Positions 1-11,933 of a stretch of 64,000 nt of DNA are shown here, in pieces (the first letter of the stretch is position 1; each line of letters opens with the position of its first letter). The DNA is taken from contig JBODTK010000013.1 in the NCBI GenBank assembly GCA_050613775.1, forward strand, positions 682,001-746,000. The letters run 5' to 3'. The DNA comes from Neocallimastix sp. 'constans' (lineage: Eukaryota). The notes under the pieces were generated by a model that was not told where the DNA came from, did no database searches, and saw only the letters and a program-made list of their open reading frames with translations. The position numbers were made by a program, and so were the translations under genes.

Positions 1-342
1 AAAATTCACCAATTCAACATTTTCATTTAGAAATGCAACTTGGTGCAAAGTTATATGTTAAAAATGCAGAAGCTGTTAGAGGAGTGCTTTTATTAAATCC
101 AAATAATGTTGAATTTTTAGGAGGATATATACCAAATTTCATCAGTGGTGATATACTAATTTATCTTCAATCCAAATTAAAGGACATATTGAAGTATATA
201 TTTTTACTTTTATTTTTGAAGTTATATGTTTTAAATTAAAATAATAATTTTAATAATTCTTATAATTCTAATAATTTATACATATCTATATTCTATATAC
301 TATATATATATAATATTTTTTACATAATTAAAAATTATTTTA

Positions 343-373
<31 letters not shown>

Positions 374-456
374 GAAATGGAAATAAAAAAACAACTGTTA
401 AAAGTATTCGAACAATTAATTTTAATACCGATAGTAAATTTAATACCAAACGCTAA
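1..456 (+). CDS. RMI1: RecQ-mediated genome instability protein 1 (RMI1, N-terminal OB fold), 3' part; the gene starts upstream of the window
   Basis: The frame is open from base 3: NSPIQHFHLEMQLGAKLYVKNAEAVRGVLLLNPNNVEFLGG. This matches the RMI1_N pattern (E..PI...L.PGTK..(I/V)......G(V/F)LLL.P.NV..LGG). A phase-2 intron runs GT194..AG374, and the last exon 375-456 is open to TAA. Confidence 0.8.
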
Positions 457-1000
457 AAATGAAAGGCTTTTTTTCTTTAATTATATAAATAAATAATTGA
501 AATAGATTTTATCAAATTGACCTCCAAAATAATATTAACTCATTTAAATATTTATAACCAAAAATAAATATATATTCAATATTACTATTTTAAAAAAATT
601 CTAATTTTTAATTATAGAAATAATTTACAATTAGATTTTTTTTTATATATATATATAATTTTTAAAGTCATAATTCATATTTATTCAATAAACATATATT
701 ATATAATAAGTACATCTTTATACAATTAAATTAAGTAAATATTCATATACTATCTTTTATTTAATGTTAAATTAAATTTTAAAAAAAAAAAAAATAAAAA
801 TAAAAATTTAAATATACAAAATATAATAAATAGATAAATAAAAAACAAAAAAGTTTATATATATATATATATATATATTATATATTATTTTATATGGTTT
901 ATATATGAAAATAAAGATTCTCTCTTAAACATAGTAGAAATTTATTTATAATTATTATAATTACCAATTATCAATTATTTTATTATATTTATTATATATA

Positions 1001-1045
<45 letters not shown>

Positions 1046-1536
1046 GAAATAACAATACATTATTTTCAAGCTATATTTGATTATTTAAAAATATTATAAT
1101 TTTTTTTTTACAATCATATAAATAACACTTATAAATAATTCGTATTATTATTATAGTTTAACTCATAGAATGAAGTAATTTTCCATATTAAAATAGAGTT
1201 TTTTTTTTTTTTTTTCTTCTTTTTTTTTCAACAATTCCTAATTTCATTAAAATTTGATATATATAAATAATTTTTTACTAAGAACTCCCATAATCTACTT
1301 TCAGTCCAAGATTCAAGGTCTTGAATGAAAATTGAAACAAATTTTTTCATGGTTAAGACCCAAATATTACAGACCTTTTTGTATAGTCGTTCTACATTTT
1401 TCAAAACAAAAACTGAACTATATATATATATTAAAAAAAAAAAAAAAAAATTTATAAAATTTATACAAAAATAAAAAAATTAAAAAAAAAAAAAAAAAAA
1501 AAATCGTCTCTATAGTATTCCTTCTTAAGAATATAT

Positions 1537-1573
<37 letters not shown>

Positions 1574-1603
1574 GTATTTATTTCATGCAGGAATTAAACC
1601 TAA

Positions 1604-1637
<34 letters not shown>

Positions 1638-1854
1638 AAAAAAAAATTCAATGTTTTGATATATAGTTTTAGTTGTAAAAAAAAAAAAAAAGATATTCTG
1701 AATAATATTTGAGTTTTTAACTTTTATGATTCTTTATTGATATCTAAAAAAAAAAATACTTTATCATATAATTATTAGTTAAAGAAAATGAAAATATTTT
1801 ACTAAAATGAAATTAATTTTTTTTTATAATAAAAATGTATAAGATTTTAAATAT

Positions 1855-1899
<45 letters not shown>

Positions 1900-1950
1900 A
1901 TATATATATATATATATATATTAAAAAATAAAAAAATAAAAAAAAAAAAA

Positions 1951-2145
1951 AAGGCACATGAGATGGAATCAATTCCTACATACAGGAATATAAAAAAGTA
2001 CTATAATTTCATAACCATCCAAAAAAAAAAATATATATATATATATATTAAAAAATTAAAAAAAAAAAAAAAAAAGGTACATGAGGTGGAATCAATTCCA
2101 ACATACAGGAATATAAAAAAGTACTATACTTATATAACTATCCCA
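1951..2145. repeat. Two diverged direct copies of a ~70-bp core, ~120-bp period
   Basis: ggcacatgagatggaatcaattcctacatacaggaatataaaaaagtactata at ~1953 versus ggtacatgaggtggaatcaattccaacatacaggaatataaaaaagtactata at ~2076, separated by poly-A and (TA)n. Confidence 0.85.
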
Positions 2146-2379
2146 AAAAAAAAAAAAAAAAAAAAAAAAGACATGATAAATATAACATTATAGTACTATA
2201 CATAAAAGATTCATACATGGTGAAATAGTAAATACTTGGAAAAAAAAATGAAAATATGAAAATATGAAAAAGTGAAAAAAAAGGAAAAAGGATACATGAA
2301 AGAAAAATGATACTACTATTTCATAAAAAAAAAATAAAATAATTTTTTTTTAAAATAATTATTTAATTAACTTTGATTA

Positions 2380-3007
2380 AATAGGATTGATTATCTGCTA
2401 CTGAAAATAAGCAATTGTACCAAAATTTTCTTTTATGGCTTTTATAATAGAATACGGTGAATACACATCCTATATTATAATTTAAAATTTTGTCTCTTAA
2501 TTTATAACTATTAACAAAATTTTTTCATTTTTTCATACAATAATTCATTTTTTTTTTTTTTATCAAATTTTTTTCATTTTCATCAATTTTATATATGGAA
2601 ATTCTTCTTCTGCTTTTCTATTGTCATCTATTTTTTTTTTAATTGATTAATTATTAAATCTCTCTCTTTTTTTTTTTTTTTTTTATTTGATAAACTCTTG
2701 GCATTATTTTCATTGTTTTTTTTTTTATTTTTTAATTAAAATATTTATGAAATAATTCATCAAGAAAAACCAATAATATTTCATCATCCACTCACCCAAA
2801 AGATGATTTCAATTCATCAAAAATACCTTTTAAGACCTGAATTTAAAGGTAAAATTCCTGTCATATATATGTTAAAGCCATATACTTTTGGTTTCTTTAA
2901 TTAATAAAGTTAGAAAATTCAAATAATCTTTATTAAACTTTCTTCGTATCATAAGATCCATTCCGTAAAACTAAATCCTAATCATCTCCTAATCATCATT
3001 AATAAGA

Positions 3008-3059
<52 letters not shown>

Positions 3060-3545
3060 CTTAATAATTGTTTTAAAGTTTTCTTTTTCATAACATTTAA
3101 AATCTTGTTTTTTTTTTTCTTTTATTTTATCAATAATTGAATTTTTATTTTTATTTTTATTTTTTTTATTTTTTTTAATTTCTTCTAATACATTATTTAT
3201 GTTATTTTCTTTTAAAAAATTTTTGAAATATCTAATGAAATCACATTAAATTTTCCCAAATATTCATCTCAGTTTTTATTTTTGAGAGTTCTTTTCATCA
3301 TCAAAAATTGTAATTTTTCGATTAGGAATTCGATGTAATAAGCTATAAACATATTTGTAATCCCTGTTTTTTTTTTTTTTTTTTTTTTTTTTTTTCAAAA
3401 GATTTAGACAGAAGTAACGCATATATTACTCCTATAAGAATTTATTTTTTTTTTTTATTTAGATCGATAATTAAATCTATTTTAATCTACAAAATATTTA
3501 TCATTATTTACATAAACTCTATGGTTAGAATCACCAGGAATAAAA
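2380..3545 (-). pseudogene. Decayed AAA-ATPase-like (PF09820-type, normally fused to a DUF1703 PD-(D/E)XK domain) gene of bacterial type
   Basis: Minus-strand fragments occur in the expected family order despite stops, frameshifts and poly-A/TA insertions: PGDSNHRVYVNNDKYFVD / DLIIDLNK..INS..NICVT (Walker A RPRRFGK lost) / ITNMFIAYY / N*DEYLGKFNVISLD / DYLNFLTLLIK...MALTY.MTGILP / NSYKL....DVYSPYSIIKAI. Confidence 0.75.
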
Positions 3546-3739
3546 TAAAAATTTTATATTTTAAATTTTTAAATATAATTTACCAATTTTTTAATTTTTT
3601 TTTTCTATTTATTTATTTTTTTATATTTATTTTTATAACAGCAGTAGATATTATAAATAATATAAGTATAATTACACCAATTAGAGCTAAGATAAAAAAA
3701 AAATTTGTTTTCATTTGTTTAGTAAATTCATTTATATTT

Positions 3740-4436
3740 CAGGCCTGTTTACAGGCAAATTTCATGTTCCACCACTACACGCTTCTTATGAATATTCATT
3801 AGGATCAGTATCGAACTAGGTTCTATTCTGATTATTAGTTCATGTACTAGCATGCAAAAAGCTCCAGGTTCGGTCCCGCCCTTTGACCATTTTCCAGGTT
3901 TTCCTTATCAATGGTTTTTACCGAATAAGGTGGTTAGGGTTATAGGTAAGTATTTTCCCCCTTATATATATATATATATATTATTCTCAATCTCCTGAGT
4001 AATAATGGATAAGATACTGCCCTAATTATGGCCCTGAAAGGGTTTTGCAAGTACTGTCATTTAATATATTTATGAGGAAATTACTGTCATATGGATACAT
4101 ATCATATGTCCAATTAGATATTTTCTACTAAAGTAATGTAGATATATTCCATTAAATTGCAGTCCTTCTGACTTCTATACCTTCGCTTCAAAGGGAAGTT
4201 TGGAACTGGAGAGGCATTCCGAGAAAAAGCGAACTAGAAAATTCTTAGTAATAATATGCATGTCAGATGTTAGAACGCCAATAATGAACACTCGGTTAAG
4301 GCCGTCCAGCAGGGATAATATCCGCCTATGCGAAAGCGCACCGAAGTATTATGACTTCCTCAATATTTCCATATCTTGAGCTGAAAAAAAAATAAGCTGT
4401 ACACACCGGAAGTAAAAAAAAAAAAAAAAAAAAAAA
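3740..4436. other. GC-richer non-coding island of unknown origin (possible tRNA-derived SINE or structured RNA)
   Basis: Markedly more G+C than the flanks, with no convincing ORF. Contains a tRNA-like 3' half at 3845-3889 (ctagcat..ggttcggtccc..acca), GAAA-type hairpins and a poly-A run at 4413-4436. Confidence 0.35.
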
Positions 4437-6872
4437 TTATGATCGACACATATTAACCCATTTGTTTTTCCACAAAAGTAAATATGATTAATGAAATATA
4501 GCAAAAACGTTTATAAATGATATCACAGTGAATTATTAGAGAATTATCATTAAAAACATTAAAAAACACAAAAAATATTATTAATACATTTATTATAAAA
4601 AAAAATAATTAGAATGTGCATTATATGTAACAAAAACATTTTCAATGCCTTCAGGATATTCATAGTTGTGAAAATTCATACATTCTTTTTTTTTTTTTTT
4701 TTTTTTTTTTTGATTCAATATATCATCATATACATAATATTTAAGAATATATATATATATATTTATTATTATATCTCCATATTATCATCCGCAGTATAAA
4801 ATTTTAGAATTATTATTTTTTGAACATTAATGTGTTTATTATCTATGCAATAATAATTCTATCCGTAATTGATATCAACTATGTTTTCTTTTTAATTATT
4901 TCATTTACTATTATATTTTTTGAATATATCTGAAACATCTACAATACTTAATAGTTATATTGCGGACCATACCAATACACCATTTGAAAAAATGTATAAA
5001 TATGCATAATATACCTATTTTGCATGCATTTGGATCAATAAAACTATATAAGATATTTAAAGTTTAATAATAATATATAGATATTAAAGTTTAATTTTTT
5101 ATTTTAACAATTAAAATAATTATTATATAATAAAATTTTTAATTATTAATTAAAATCAATTAGTTTTTAAATAATTTTTTTTAAAAAAAAAGTTATTAAT
5201 TGTTTCAGTATTATTTTAATTATTTAAATAAGTTAAATAATATTTTGTTATTGCTTTTTACCATCATTAGATATTATTATATTACTCCATAAATTTTGAT
5301 TTATATAAGACTTAAGATGAAAAAAGAAAATAAAAAACTTTTTTTCTTTTTAATAAAATATTATAAAGTCTTAATACAAAACATAATCTAACCAAAAAAA
5401 AAGTGTTTAAATATATTAAAATTTTTATTTTATATAAATGTAAAAAAAAGAAATTGCTCAAATGAAAATTGTATACAAATTAATAAATGTATACGTTTAA
5501 CAAATTAATTATAATATTTTTTATGTATTCAAAATATTCTATATTATTATTAATTATGAAATTATTTATTACAAATTATATATTATATTAAACTTTAATT
5601 AATATCATTATATTCTTTAATATTTTAATAGATATAATAATATAAGAATAAGAATAAACAATAGCAAGATATATATTAGATATATATTATATTATGTTAC
5701 TAAAATATATTATTGATTATTCAATCATTTAATTATTTTTAAAATTTTGAAATTTTATTCAATATTCAAAAAAGAGATGTTATGTGAACTTTATTTTATA
5801 TGTTGGAAAAAAGTTTCAAAGAGTTAATTAATTAATAAAAGATATATATTATATATATATATTTTTTTTAATAAAATATACTATATATTATATATTATTT
5901 TTATTTCATATAAAATAAAGTGTATAATATTTATTTTTTTATTTTTTTATTTTTTTGCCATTTATTAATAAATAACTAAATTAAATATATATATATTTTT
6001 TTTAAAAGAAGTTTGAAAAAGATCTTTTAAATAAAAAATAATAAAAGATATGATTTTATAAATTTATAAAAATTATTTAAAGTATATTAATTAAATCTGT
6101 AGATATGAAATGTATTATTTTAACTAGTTCAATTGATGAAAGAGAAATTTTTTTTTTTTCATTTGAATTAAATATCTAATGTTCTAAATCGTTACTACCA
6201 TTTATCATTTTAGTATAATCAAATATAATCCAGTTTCAAATGTTTATGCATTTATTAGTGATAAAATTTTAATATATAAGATAATAAAAATTTCTTTTCA
6301 AAATCTTTTATATATAAAAAAAAAATTTAAAAAATCTTAAAATCTTTATTATATATATAATAATCTTTTTTTTTTTTTTTTTTTTTTTTTTTATATTTTT
6401 TTTTTTTTTTTTCTTTTTTTAATTTTCATGAAACTACTGGAATTGGTTCGAATATTCATTAAATTTTATAATATATATTCATTAAAAAAAAAAAAAAAAA
6501 ATACAAATTTAAATTTCTTTAAACTTTTTATACAAATTTCTATTTCTTTTATAAATTCATAAATTTGTTATAATGAAATAAAATTTTTTTAAAAAAAATT
6601 ACTTTCATTTAAAATATTTCAACATGTATTGACCATGATTTTTATATTACTTTTTTTTTTTTTTTTTTTTTTTACTTCAACAATTCTCTATAATAACATT
6701 TCTTATTTATTACCCATTATTCATTATGCTTTATACTTTGTAAAATGGCAAAATAATTATTAAATCTTAAATTTTTATATTATATAAATATCAAAAATAT
6801 TATTAATTTTTGTTTAAAAAAAATTTAAAAATAAAAAAGTAAATTTAAAATTTTTATTTTCATTTTCTTTTT

Positions 6873-6912
<40 letters not shown>

Positions 6913-8479
6913 ATACAAATTTATTAATTACATACATCAACAAAAAAAAATTATACATATATATTTAAAAGAAAGATGACATAGATCATTTTTACTTGTT
7001 TAAACATTAAGATAGAAATGAATGTTGCTTTTTTATTATTGTTATTGTTCTTAGAGGAAAAAAATAATTATTAATATTTATCTGAACAATAAATTATTAT
7101 TATTGTTATTGTTGTTATTATTTAATATGTAATATATATATAAAATTAATAATTATCAATATTTTTTAATAAAAAAACATAAAATATGCTATATAAACCC
7201 TACATTATAAGTATATATTCTATTTATTGGTAATACACTATTTAATATTTTAAGATTATAATAAAAAACAAAAAATATTAATTAAAATGTTTATTAACTT
7301 TATTCCTCATCCACATTTAAAATTGTTTTTTTCCTTTATATCTTTTTTTTTTTTTTTTTGAAAGTACTCTATTCTTTTAATATTTTTGATATTTTTAATA
7401 ATAAAATACTTGAAACTATTTTTATATAAAAATGTGTTAACATATAATTTATAATAAATTTATGGCTTTTAATTAAATAAAAGCAAACAAATAATAAAAA
7501 TAAAAATAACTATAAAAATATATATAAAATAAATATACAAATTGAAAATATTGTTTTGTATATGTTTTCCGCATTTTTTTAATTTTTATTTTTATTTTAA
7601 ATTTTAAATTTTAAAATTTATTTTTTAAAAAAAAATGTTTATTACAAATTCTATAAAAAGTTTAATTAGAAATTAGGAAATGGATTTGGAATTACATAAA
7701 ATAATTTTTATATTCATTTATAAAATAGATTAGGATGATGCATTTCCTAATGAATTAAAATCCATTCAATGAAAATTTTAAAGCTCTCAAAAATAATAAT
7801 ATTTTTCATCATATAATCATATTTATATTTATTTATATATATATAAAATTATTTTATAGTTCTAAAATTAAATAAAATTAAACAAATTTTATTTTATTTT
7901 ATTTCATTTTCTATTTTTTTTTTATTTTTTTTATTATATTTCATTTTTTTTTTGGGAATGATGTCGAAATTAGTGAAATTTATAGGATTAAAATAATTAA
8001 CAATGATTTAATAATTTATTTCATATCATTTCATATATGTTATATATAAAAGTTTTATTTTCTATTTTTAAATATTTTATAATTAAATCTATATTAAAAA
8101 TAAAAATAAATTATAAAATAAATTTATATATAATGAATATAATGAATAGTTAAAATAAATTATATAAATAATGAATATAATATAAATTATATATAATAAA
8201 TATTTAAAATAAAAATAAAATATAAGAAAAAAATATTAAAAAAATATAAAAAAAAAAATATAAAAATAAAAAATAAATTATATGTAGTACATCAAGTGAA
8301 GATTAATGAAAATTAGTTGATTTTAGTTTTTTTTTTTTTTTTAAATATTATTTTATTTTAAATATTCATTAAATAAATTATTATAAATTATTTATAATAA
8401 AAAAGTTTAAAAATTAATAAATTTAATTCTCTCTTTTTTTTTTTTTTCTTATATTTTATTTGTATATTTATTATATACT

Positions 8480-8730
8480 AATTATTATTCACTTATTCAA
8501 TTATTAAATTATTATTCACTTATTCAATTATTTAATTATTATTCAATTATTCAATTATTTAATTATTCAATTATTTATTATATAAATTATTCACTTATTA
8601 AATTATTCACTTATTAAATTATTCACTTATTCAATTATTATATAAATTATTATTCAATTATTCAATTATTATTCACTTATTCAATTATTTATTATATAAA
8701 TTATTATTCATTTATTCAATTATTCAATGA
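8480..8730. repeat. Degenerate minisatellite of aattattcactt/aattattc units
   Basis: Repeated ttattcacttattcaattatt motifs are directly visible. Confidence 0.7.
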
Positions 8731-9463
8731 TATTCCATGTTTTTTTTTTTTTTTGTTTTACTTAATACTTTTAATTTTTTTTCATTTTTTATATTTTTCG
8801 TTTTTTTTAACAAAAAAATTTTTTTTAATTTTTTTAAAATTTTTAAATTTTATATTGAATGAAATAAATTAAAATAAATTAAATTATATTGAATTTTTAG
8901 GAGAATTAAATTAAGTGTATATATTATTATTTAATTGATAATATATGGATGTTTATTAACTAATATGTTATAACAATTTAAATTTTTTTTTTTTTAATTT
9001 TTTCTTTAAAAGTTTAATTAAAAAATTTAAACATTTTTGAGGTATTCAATAGAAAATTAAGAAAGTTTAAATTTTAAAAAAAAAAATAATAATAAAGCAA
9101 AAAACATCCAAAGAAAATTGTATATATATATATCGATAAGTTTTTCTTTTTTTTTTTTTTTTTTTTTTTTTATTCTTTTTATTTTATTAATAATATAAAA
9201 TACTTTGCATTTTTATTTATTGAAATACTTTAATTTTTATTTTTATTATTTAAACTTTTCTTTAAAATAAAATTTGAAATTTGAAATTTAAATTTTAAGA
9301 AATAATTTATAAATAAGTAAAGTTATTTTTTAATTTACAAAATAAGAAAAAGAGAAAAAAAAAAAAAAAAAAATAAAAATCAAATAAAACTTTTCATAAA
9401 ATATATAAAATATATATATCAAAAAAATATTTTTAATACTTTAAAATAATTATAAATTTTATC

Positions 9464-10489
9464 ATGGCGGAAAAATTAAATCCAATGAATCTTGATGATT
9501 TTCATAATTACTCCAAAAAGCATTTGCCAAAAATAGTTTATAATTATTATGTAAATATATTATTAAAGATATTCTTAAAATATAATAAATATATAAATAT
9601 ATATATTTATTAAAAATATAAAAAAATAATAATAATAAAAATAGTTTACTTTCTCTTTTAAAATTTTTTAAAAAAATATATATATAATATTTAATAATTT
9701 ATATGATAATTATTTTATATTATTCTTTTTCTAATAATTTATTTAATTATTATTTTGAATTATTCTTTTTCTAAATATTCTTTTTCTTAAATATATATAT
9801 ATTTTCTATTAAATAAAAATAATATATACTTTTAGGCTCATGGAGCTAATAATAACGAAAGTGTTGCAGAAAATTTAAATTCCTATTTAAAGTAACATTC
9901 AAAAAAGAAAATATATTAATGAAATTAAATATTTATATACATATATATATATAAAATAAAGTTCATAATAACTAGTTTCATACTTGAATATTATATATAT
10001 ATTAATGTATATATATATTTTTATATTTTTTAAAATAATAGATATCGAATTCGTCCAAGAGTAATGAGAGATGTTTCTAAAATTAATACAAGTGTTAAAA
10101 TTTTTGGTCATATTTTACCAATTCCAGTGGGCATTTGTAATTAAATTATAATATTATTTTTAAACTATCTATTATAATATTTAATAATTAATGATAAAAA
10201 AAAAAAGAAAAAAAAGTAATTAAAATTAAAACTTTCTCTCTCAATATTATATATAAATATTTAATTATAATTTTTATTAGCACCTGTGGCTATGCAAAAT
10301 ATGGCTCACTTTACAGGAGAAATTGGAATGGCAAAAGGTAAAAATAAATAGGAACATCAATAATTTAAACTCTATAATTAATATTGTTAATTTAATTTGA
10401 AAATTAACAATATTAAAAAAAAAGTTTAATTTATATATTGTTATAAAATATTTTCAAATTAAATTAACAGTATTAATTATAAACTCTTT

Positions 10490-10528
<39 letters not shown>

Positions 10529-11131
10529 CGACAAAAAATTTTTTTATATTTTTTTAAAAATTTAATTAAACCTTTTATAATTTAATTTATTTTTTTAGGT
10601 GCATCAATGGCTCATACTTTAATGATTGTTAGTAATTTTTGTACTTCAAATATTGAAGATATTGCTCGTCAAAATCCAAATGCCTTCCTTATGCTTCATA
10701 TATACCTTCAAGATATAGATATCATTAAAAATATGATTAGAACAGCTGAAAAATGTAATTTTAAAGGTATTGTTCTAACAATGAATTCTGCTGATGATGG
10801 AAAGTATAATTCAGATGGTGAGAATAACTATCAGTTACTAAAATCATTTAAAAAGAGAAATGTAAGAGAAGTTGAAGAGGATGATGATAATAATAAAAAT
10901 CATAATAATAATGATGATGATGCCAGATCCATTATAACTAATATCTCATCTGCTACAATTCATGCTATACCATTATCAGAAAGTATAAATGAAAATTTAA
11001 ATCAAGACATAGAATTAGATAGTCATATCACATGGAATACCATTAAAGAATTAAAATCATTGACAAGATTACCAATTATAATAAAAGGTATATCAACCTT
11101 ATATTACTTAATATGTATAGATAGATTAATA

Positions 11132-11167
<36 letters not shown>

Positions 11168-11491
11168 TTTATATATATGTATTGTTAGTTTTTTTAATAT
11201 ATATATAAATATTTCATCAGTATTTGATATAAATATAAAATTACAATAATAATAAAAAAAAAATTGAATTTTTAGTATTAAAAAATAGTATAATAATGAC
11301 ATTAATAATAATGATAATTATATTATAATAATTAAAAAAAGATATTTTAACTGAAGAAGATGCAAAGCTTGCTGTTGAAAATGGAGCTGACGGTATTATT
11401 GTTTCAAATGATGATAGTAGACAATCGGTTTGTACAACATTAGAAGCTCTTCCAGTGGTAAATATATATAAAATATATAATAGTTAAAATC

Positions 11492-11529
<38 letters not shown>

Positions 11530-11933
11530 TAATCTCAAATATATATATTAATTATTTTTTATTAATCTATTTTTATAATTAATCATATAATATATATATA
11601 TATATATATTTTTATCATGTGTTTTGCGTATAAACCTAATATTAAAAACAGGTAGCTAAAGCAGTGAACAAAAGAATTCCAGTTTTCCTTGATGGTGGTA
11701 TCAGAAGAGGATCGGATATATTTAAAGCCATTGCTTTAGGAGCAGATGCCGTTTTTGTTGGTAGGCCTGCCATTTGGGCCTTAAATGCAATGGGGGCCGA
11801 TGGTGTGAAAAAAATGATGGATATTTTAACGGATGAATTTAGATTAACCATGGCCATCGCTGGATGTACCAGAGTTGACCAAATTTCACCAAAACATATT
11901 CAACATAAAATGACCTATAAATCTAAATTGTAA
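9464..11933 (+). CDS. FMN-dependent alpha-hydroxy acid oxidase/dehydrogenase family protein (glycolate oxidase/HAO-like) with altered active site and C-terminal SKL; 7 exons
   Basis: Exons ~9464-9550, 9836-9891, 10042-10136, 10281-10337, 10599-11087, 11342-11457 and 11652-11933 splice in frame. Translation: MAEKLNPMNLDDFHNYSKKHLPKIVYNYYAHGA...YRIRPRVMRDVS...IPVGISPVAMQNMAH..GEIGMA...LPIIIK...GADGIIVSN...VFLDGGIRRGSDIFKAIALGADAVFVGRP...SKL*. Confidence 0.92.

Noticed and set aside
1951..2145. CRISPR-like array
   Set aside because: Only two copies, low-complexity spacer, eukaryotic context and no cas genes.
3845..3889. Functional tRNA-Ala gene
   Set aside because: There is no pairing 5' acceptor strand or D-arm and the T-loop is imperfect; kept only as a tRNA-like remnant.
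3941..3956. U1 snRNA 5' end (ATACTTACCT) on the minus strand
   Set aside because: The following sequence lacks U1 stem-loops and an Sm site; it equals a consensus 5' splice site on the plus strand.
4170..4380. Peptide look-alikes in the GC island (RILSLLDGLNRVFIIG, AAA-like; DIIPAGRP, phosphonatase-like; RDNI, histone H4-like)
   Set aside because: Each is a short isolated match with flanking stops and no further family motifs.
4440..5060. Possible decayed membrane-protein exons on the minus strand
   Set aside because: The composition is slightly coding-like, but I could not build a consistent frame or recognise a family.
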